From an uncultured Chloroflexia bacterium (GTDB lineage Bacteria; Chloroflexota; Limnocylindria; Limnocylindrales; CSP1-4), in NCBI GenBank assembly GCA_963766735.1, contig CAVYBU010000008.1, forward strand, positions 319,744-383,743: a stretch of DNA of 64,000 nucleotides, read 5' to 3'. The notes beneath the pieces are model-generated. The model did no database searches, was not told where the DNA came from, and saw nothing but the letters and a program-made list of their open reading frames with translations. Below are positions 57,632-64,000 of this stretch, one piece after another; within the stretch, counting starts at the first letter, position 1; every line of letters starts with the position of its first letter. The position numbers were made by a program, and so were the translations under genes.

Positions 57632-60579
57632 ATGTTCCGCATGAGCGAGAACCCGTTCCTTGGTCACGAGCACCGCCGGCCTGAGGTGGGTGCGACCGAA
57701 GCCGCCCGCATGCTGGAGGCTGCCTTTGGGATTCGCGGGCGTCTGACCGAGCTGGGCAGCCACCAGGACCGGAACTACCTGGTCGCGACGGACGGAGGTG
57801 GACGGTTCGTGCTCAAGGTCGCCCGGCAGGGGACGGGTCGCGCGGAGCTTGAGGCCGAGAACGCCGCGATCCTGCATGCGGCGGCGGCCGCCCTGCCGTT
57901 CGAGCTGCCGATCCCGCAGCCCGCACTGGACGGGGCGCTCATCACCGCCGCCACCACCGCAGGCGGCACCGTGCACGACCTGCGGCTGGTCACCTGGATC
58001 GACGGCGAGCCGATGGACACGGTCGCGTACCTGGCGCCGGCGGTGCTGCGTGCCCACGGCGAGATGGCGGCGCGGATCGCGATCGCCCTGGAGGGCTTCG
58101 ACCATCCCGGGCTGGACCGGGTGCTGCAGTGGGACATCCGCCATGCCGGTGCCGTCGTGGACGCGCTGGCCCACTTCTCGACGACGCCCGCGCGGCGCGT
58201 GCTGGCGCAGGCCGAGATGGCGCGGGCAGCCGAGGCCCTGGTACGCCTGGAACCGGATCTCCGGATCAGGACGATCCACGCCGACGTGACGGACCTCAAC
58301 ACGGTGGCTCGCCGGGACACCGCCGGGCGGCCGATCCCCGCGGGACTCATCGACTTCGGGGACCTGTCGCGGACGTGGCTCGCCGCGGAGCTGGCGGTGA
58401 CGATCGCAGCCGACGCCTTCCACGACCTGGCCCGTCCGCTGCAGGTCGCACGCGATGTGGCCCGGGGCTTCCTGCCCCTGCTGCCGCTGAGGGACGCGGA
58501 GCTGGCTGCGGTCTGGCCGATGGTGGTCGCGAGGAGCGCGGCCGTGGCCATCAGCGGCGACCAGCAGGCGACGCTGGAGTCGGACAACGCCTACGTCCAC
58601 CAGACGCGCGATGAGGAGTGGGCGGCGCTCGAGGCCGTGGCGGCGGTGCCGTTCGCCCTGGCAACGGCGGTGCTGCGCCAGGCAGCCGGCCTCGCGCCCG
58701 CGGTGCTGTCACCCGCCAGGCTGGCGGCTGCTCCGGTGTTCGAGCCGGTCGCGGATCCGTGGGCCATCGACCTGTCGACGACCAGCGACGCCCTCCCCGG
58801 CGCGGCGATCGGCGACCCGGGCAGTGCGGCCGGCCTCATCACCCGCGCGGGTGCCGTGGGGCGCTGGGGCGAGGCACGCCTGGTGGACACGGTCCTCGAC
58901 GCCGCCGGTGAAGCGCCGACCATCCACCTCGGGATCGACCTGTTTGCGGCGCCGGGCACCCCGGTTCACGCGCCCGTCGGTGGAGCGGTCACCCCGGGCG
59001 ACGTCGGGCTCGTCATCGGCGCCGGCCTCGTCGACCTGCGGCTTGACGGCGTGGATCCGACCGCGGGCACCAGCGGGCAGGGCGGTCGAGGCGGGCGACG
59101 TCGTCGGCCACGTCGCGGCCATCGGACCGGACGGCCTTCCGCCCCACGTCCATGTCCAGCTGGTTGCCGATCCCGGCCTGGCCGCCCCGCATTCGGCCGT
59201 GCCGTCCCTCGCGGACGCGTGGCTGGCGCTCTGCCCGGACCCATCGGACATCCTCGGTCTGCCGCCGGGCCTTGCCGTCGCGCCAGGTGACGACGCCCCC
59301 GATCTCCTCGCGCGTCGCTCGCGAGTCCTCGCGGACGTCCAGGTCCACTACTTCGATGCCCCTCCCCGCATCGAGCGGGGATGGCGCCAGCACCTCGTCG
59401 ACACGCGCGGCCAGGCGCTTGTCGACGTCGTCAACAACATCGCCGTCCTGGGCCACAGCCATCCGGCCATCGAGGCAGCGGTCGCCGCGCCAGCTCCGGC
59501 GGCTCAACACCAACTCGCGCTTCCTGTATGGCGCGATTGTCGAGTTCGCGGAGGCGCTCGCCGCCCGTTTCCCGCCCCCGCTCGACACCGTCTTCCTCGT
59601 CAACACCGGCAGCGAGGCGAACGAGCTGGCCCTGCGCCTCGCCCGCATCGCGACCGGCAACGACGACGTGCTCGTCGTTCGCGGCGCCTACCACGGCTGG
59701 ACCGGGGCGACGGACGCGATCACGACGTCCCTCCTGGACAACCCGCGGGCGATCGGGTCACGCCCGGCGTGGGTGCATCCGGTCGAGGCGCCCAACGCGT
59801 ACCGCGGCCTCCATCGCGGGCCGGACGCCGGGACCCGCTACGCGGACGACGTGCGGGCGACGATCGCTGCGCTGGCGGGAGGGAGCCGCTCGCCCGCCGC
59901 GTTCATCGCGGAACCGCTGTTCGGCAACGCCGGGGGCGTCGTCCTCCCGGACGGCTACCTCTCCGAGGTCTACACCGCGGTCCGCGCGGCCGGCGGCCTG
60001 GCAATCGCGGACGAGGTCCAGACCGGCTACGCCCGGCTGGGCGAGCACCAGTGGGCGTTCGAGCAGCAGCGGGTGGTCCCGGACGTGGTCACCGTGGCCA
60101 AGGCGGCCGGCAACGGAATGGCGGTGGGCGCAGTGGTCACCACCAGGGCCATCGCGGAGGCGTTCGCGGCCGAGGGCTCGTTCTTCTCCAGCATCGGCGG
60201 CTCACCGGTGGCCTGCGCGGCTGGCCTCGCCGTCCTCGAGACGATCGACCGCGAGGGGCTCCAGGCCAACGCCCGTGACGTCGGCGCGCACCTGAAGGCC
60301 GGGCTGGAGGAGGTGGCGGGCCGCCACGAGCTGATCGGCGCCGTCCACGGCATGGGCCTCTACCTGGGCGTGGAGCTGGTCCGGGACAGGGCGACGCTGG
60401 AGCCGGCCGCAGGCGAGGCCCTCGCGATCTGCGAGCGGATGCTGGAGCTGGGCGTGGTGATCCAGCCGACCGGTGACGGCAACAACGTGCTCAAGGTGAA
60501 GCCGCCGCTGTGCATCACCCGCGAGAGCGCGGACGCCGTCGTTGCCGCCCTGGAGCGGACCCTGGGCGAGGGCTGGTGA
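57632..60579 (+). CDS. Fusion of APH-like kinase + M23-like domain + class III aminotransferase (hydroxylysine kinase/phospho-lyase-like), with two single-base frameshifts (~59067 and ~59487)
   Basis: Frame A: HADVTDLN, IDFGD, HLGIDLF...APV. Frame B: AVEAGDVVG...PPHVHVQ...NNIAVLGHSHP. Frame C: LNTNSRFLY, GSEANE, DEVQTG, VAKAAGNG, LKVKPP. Confidence 0.85.
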
Positions 60580-60657
60580 CCGTGGCCCAGGCGGAGGTCT
60601 GCCCATAGGCGAGGACGGGGATGCCGTCCTCCGCCCGATCAGGCCCTCTCCCGTAGA

Positions 60658-60677
60658 CTGCATCAGCACCAATGCAG
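60658..60677. promoter_or_regulatory. Inverted repeat overlapping a TAGACT -10 box, candidate repressor site
   Basis: CTGCAT-N8-ATGCAG; TAGACT at 60654-60659. Confidence 0.5.
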
Positions 60678-60753
60678 CGTGAATAGCGGTCGGCCGCGCC
60701 CGGGGAGGACCCGGCAGAGCGCACCCGGTCGCCGGTCCAACCAGGAGGGTCGC

Positions 60754-62376
60754 GTGCCGCAGCGCTACGACGCGGTGATCATCGGCGGAGGCCACAACGG
60801 CCTCATCTCGGCCGCCTACCTCGCCCGGGCCGGCCTCAAGACGCTGGTCCTGGAGCGGCGCTACGTGCTCGGTGGCGCGGCCGTCACCGAGGAGATCATC
60901 CCGGGCTTCAAGTTCTCGGTCGCGAGCTACGTGGTCAGCCTGCTGCGGCCCGAGATCATCCGGGACCTGGACCTGCCCAGGTACGGCCTGGACATCCTCC
61001 CGCTGGACGGCACCTTCACCCCGCTCCGGCCGGGCGAGGGCCCGAAGGGTGGCGGCGGTGACTACCTGTGGCGGTCGAACGACCACGGCCGCACCGTCCG
61101 CGAGCTGCGGCGCTGGAGCAAGAGCGACGCCGAGGCGTACGAGGAGTACGGCCAGCTCATGGTGGAGATGGCCCGCTTCATCAAGCCGATCCTGGGGATG
61201 GTGCCCGGCGATCCCACCGAGAACGATCCGCGCCCGCTGATGCCGATCGCCTCGCTCGCCCGCCGCTTCGCGCAGCTGCCGGAGCGCCAGCAGGCCGTCT
61301 TCGTCCAGCTGATGACGATGTCGGCCAAGGACTTCCTGGACCAGTGGTTCGAGACGGACCCGCTCAAGGCCACGATGTCCGCCTCGGGGATCATCGGCAC
61401 CTACCAGGGCATTCGGTCGCCGGGCACGGCCTACGTGCTCCTGCACCACTACATGGGCGAGATCGACGGTGCCTTCCGCGCCTGGGGCATCCCCAAGGGC
61501 GGCACCGGCGGCGTCTCCTACTCGATCGCCCGCGCCGCGCAGGCCCTCGGCGCCGAGATCCGCACCGAGGCGCCGGTCAAGCAGATCATCACCCGCCACG
61601 GTCGCGCGACCGGCGTCCTGCTGGAGAGCGGCGAGGAGATCGAGGCGTCCGTCGTCCTCGCCTCGACCGATGCCAAGGTCACCTTCCTCGACCTCCTGGA
61701 GCCCGGCACGCTGCCGGCCGACTTCGAGCAGGAGGTGCGCCGCTTCAAGTTCCGCGGCAGCTCCGGCAAGGTCAACATGGCCGTGGACCGCCTGCCGGAC
61801 TTCACCTGCCTGCCGGGCGAGGGCGAGCACCTCCGCGGTGCCATCTCCTTCAGCCCCACGACGCGGGAGATGGAGCAGGCCTACGACGACGCGAAGTACG
61901 GCCACTGGAGCAAGCGGCCGTATGTCGACATGATCATCCCCACCCTGGTGGATCCCGGGATGGCGCCTCCAGGCAAGCACGTCATCAGCTGCTTCGTCCA
62001 GTACGCGCCGTACAAGCTGGCGCCCGAGCTGGGCACCTGGGACGACAACCGGGAGGCGTTCGGGGACGCGGTCATCGACCGGATCGCGGAGTTCGCGCCC
62101 AACATCAGGGACATCATCATCGGCCGCCAGGTCCTCACCCCGCTCGACATCGAGCGCCAGATGGGCCTCACCGAAGGGAACATCTTCCAGGGCGAGCTGT
62201 CCCTGGAGCAGCTGTTCTTCAACCGGCCCGTTCCCGGGTACGCCCGCTTCAGGACCCCGGTCCAGAACCTCTGGCTGTCCGGTTCCTCCACCCACCCGGG
62301 CGGCGGCCTGATGGGCGCGAACGGACGCCTGGCCGCGCTCGAGGTCCTCAAGGCCCGCGGCCGGAAGGTGGCCTGA
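60754..62376 (+). CDS. FAD-dependent oxidoreductase, phytoene-dehydrogenase-like (PYROXD2-type)
   Basis: IIGGGHNGL, SYVVSLLRP, LTPLDIE...GNIFQGE, THPGGG. Confidence 0.9.
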   Translation: MPQRYDAVIIGGGHNGLISAAYLARAGLKTLVLERRYVLGGAAVTEEIIPGFKFSVASYVVSLLRPEIIRDLDLPRYGLDILPLDGTFTPLRPGEGPKGGGGDYLWRSNDHGRTVRELRRWSKSDAEAYEEYGQLMVEMARFIKPILGMVPGDPTENDPRPLMPIASLARRFAQLPERQQAVFVQLMTMSAKDFLDQWFETDPLKATMSASGIIGTYQGIRSPGTAYVLLHHYMGEIDGAFRAWGIPKGGTGGVSYSIARAAQALGAEIRTEAPVKQIITRHGRATGVLLESGEEIEASVVLASTDAKVTFLDLLEPGTLPADFEQEVRRFKFRGSSGKVNMAVDRLPDFTCLPGEGEHLRGAISFSPTTREMEQAYDDAKYGHWSKRPYVDMIIPTLVDPGMAPPGKHVISCFVQYAPYKLAPELGTWDDNREAFGDAVIDRIAEFAPNIRDIIIGRQVLTPLDIERQMGLTEGNIFQGELSLEQLFFNRPVPGYARFRTPVQNLWLSGSSTHPGGGLMGANGRLAALEVLKARGRKVA

Positions 62377-62378
62377 CG

Positions 62379-63992
62379 ATGACGACGACGATGGACACCT
62401 ACGACGCGATCGTCATCGGCGCCGGGCATAACGGCCTGACGGCGGCCGCCTATCTCGCCCGCGGCGGGCTCAGCGTGCTGGTGCTCGAGGCGCGCGATGT
62501 CGTCGGCGGCGCCGCGGTGACCGAGACGCTCGGCGGCGCCCGCGTCCCGACGCTCGCCCACACCGTGGGGCGGCTCCGGCCGGCCGTCGCGAGGGAGCTG
62601 GAGCTCTCGAAGCACGGTCTCGCCCTGGTGGCGCCGGAGGTTCGCGTCTTCGCGCCCCAACCGGACGGACGTGCCGTGACCCTGTGGGCGGACCTCGGCA
62701 GGAGCGTTGATGCGCTCCGGGAGTGGTCCGACGACGACGCCACGTCCTTCGTCGAGTTCGACCGGTCGGTTCGCTCGCTGTCGAAGTTCCTCGCGGACCT
62801 CGGCGACGAGGCTCCCCCGGAGGTCAAGGCCCCCGGCTTCGGGGATGCGTTGCTGGGGCTCCGGCTCGGGCGCGCGTTCCGTGGCCTGGGCAGGGAGGAC
62901 GGGCGCACGATCCTGCGCGTCCTCGCGATGGCGGCCGCGGACTTCGTGGCGGAGTCGTTCTCCTCCGAGGCGGTCCGGGCGACGATCGCCTGGCGCGGCG
63001 TCCGCTACACCGCGATGGGCCCCTGGTCCGCGGGCACCACGCAGGTGCTCCTGGCCGACGCCGCCGGCAACGACGGCGGGGCCGCGGGCGAGACCATCTT
63101 CGCGAAGGGCGGCCCGTCCGCCCTGTCCGAGGCGTTGGCCTCGGCGGCCCGCGCGGCCGGCGCCGAGATCCGCACGGGTGCCAGGGTCGTCGCCGTCACC
63201 ACGGCCGATGGCGTCGTCACCGGCGTCGCGCTCGCGTCGGGCGAGGAGATCACGACGCGTGCGGTCGTCTCCGGCCTGGACCCGAAGCAGCTGCTCACGA
63301 AGCTCGTGGACCCGGTGACGGTCGGGCCCTCGATGCGCTGGCGGGCCGGCAACATCCGGACCCCGGGCTCGGTGGCCAAGGTCAACCTCGTCCTGGACGG
63401 GCTGCCGGAGTTCCCGGCGACCGGCGGCGACGCTCGCGTCCTGCGGGGCCGGATCCAGGTGAACACCACCTCGATCGACGCGATGGAGCACGCCTTCGAC
63501 GCGTCCAAGTACGGAGGCATCCCGGACGCGCCCGTCCTCGAGGCGACGATCCCGTCCCTGGTGGACCCGTCGCTCGTCGCCGATGCACCCCAGGGGACGC
63601 AGGTGATGAGCGTGCTCATGCAGTGGATGCCCGGCTCGCCCGCGGACGGCGGCTGGGAATCACAGCGGGAGGCAGTGGGCGATCTCGCCATCCGCACGCT
63701 GGAGACCGTGGCCCCGGGCCTGGGCTCACGCGTCACTGCCCGGCAGGTGCTGACGCCCGCGGACCTGGAGGCCGAATACGGCCTGCCCGGCGGTCACCCG
63801 CTCCACGCGGAACCGGCCCTCGACTCGTTCTTCCTGTGGCGGCCGCTTCTCGGCTGGGCGCGCTACCGGATGCCGGTCGAGGGGCTCTACCTCGCGGGCT
63901 CCGGAGCACACCCGGGCGGTGGCGTAACCGGCGCTCCGGGCCGCAACGCCGCCGTGGAGGTCATCGCTGACCGGAAGAGGCGCCGCAGGTAG
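62379..63992 (+). CDS. FAD-dependent oxidoreductase, phytoene-dehydrogenase-like (paralogue)
   Basis: VIGAGHNGL, LTPADLE, AHPGGGVTGAPGRNAA. Confidence 0.9.
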   Translation: MTTTMDTYDAIVIGAGHNGLTAAAYLARGGLSVLVLEARDVVGGAAVTETLGGARVPTLAHTVGRLRPAVARELELSKHGLALVAPEVRVFAPQPDGRAVTLWADLGRSVDALREWSDDDATSFVEFDRSVRSLSKFLADLGDEAPPEVKAPGFGDALLGLRLGRAFRGLGREDGRTILRVLAMAAADFVAESFSSEAVRATIAWRGVRYTAMGPWSAGTTQVLLADAAGNDGGAAGETIFAKGGPSALSEALASAARAAGAEIRTGARVVAVTTADGVVTGVALASGEEITTRAVVSGLDPKQLLTKLVDPVTVGPSMRWRAGNIRTPGSVAKVNLVLDGLPEFPATGGDARVLRGRIQVNTTSIDAMEHAFDASKYGGIPDAPVLEATIPSLVDPSLVADAPQGTQVMSVLMQWMPGSPADGGWESQREAVGDLAIRTLETVAPGLGSRVTARQVLTPADLEAEYGLPGGHPLHAEPALDSFFLWRPLLGWARYRMPVEGLYLAGSGAHPGGGVTGAPGRNAAVEVIADRKRRRR

Positions 63993-64000
63993 GCAGCCCC

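Noticed and set aside
59055-59495. Programmed ribosomal frameshifting
   Set aside because: No slippery sequence, and the shifts fall inside domains; indel error or mutation is more parsimonious
60754-63992. Carotenoid biosynthesis (crtI)
   Set aside because: No crtB/crtE/crtY in the window; motifs and the GcvT/aminotransferase context fit the PYROXD2-like group better

Overview
High-GC (~72% by eye) bacterial chromosomal segment with about 60 genes. I saw no rRNA, tRNA, CRISPR array or mobile-element genes. Gene content and order suggest Chloroflexota (inference). The left third is the conserved housekeeping string dnaJ-prmA-mtaB-hit...rpsU-yqeY-pgpH-ybeY-pth-mfd, interrupted by a ~7 kb insert. 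That insert includes a candidate regulatory cascade: a structured 5' leader, a multi-TM/GAF-like/SARP-BTAD membrane activator, 11-bp-periodic CCGCAG repeats, and an ECF sigma factor with no adjacent anti-sigma. 23-32 kb is an accessory patch of small genes (several GNATs including an AAC(2')-I-like protein, peptidase E, S1 protease, MOSC) with two copies of a c-di-GMP-II-like variant riboswitch fold and a 31-bp tandem repeat. 34-43 kb is a SAM-cycle neighbourhood (apt, an MtnA homologue lacking its catalytic Cys and phosphate-binding residues, a coupled GNAT, ahcY, metK), followed by a polyamine ABC transporter, manC/PMM and a secreted-protein trio with a DExxH metzincin variant. The right end holds an uncharacterised amine-catabolism cluster (GcvT-like protein, kinase-M23-class III aminotransferase fusion, two tandem phytoene-dehydrogenase-like flavoproteins). 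Three single-base frameshifts may be sequencing errors. Many genes look leaderless. All calls come from reading motifs by eye; no database searches were run.
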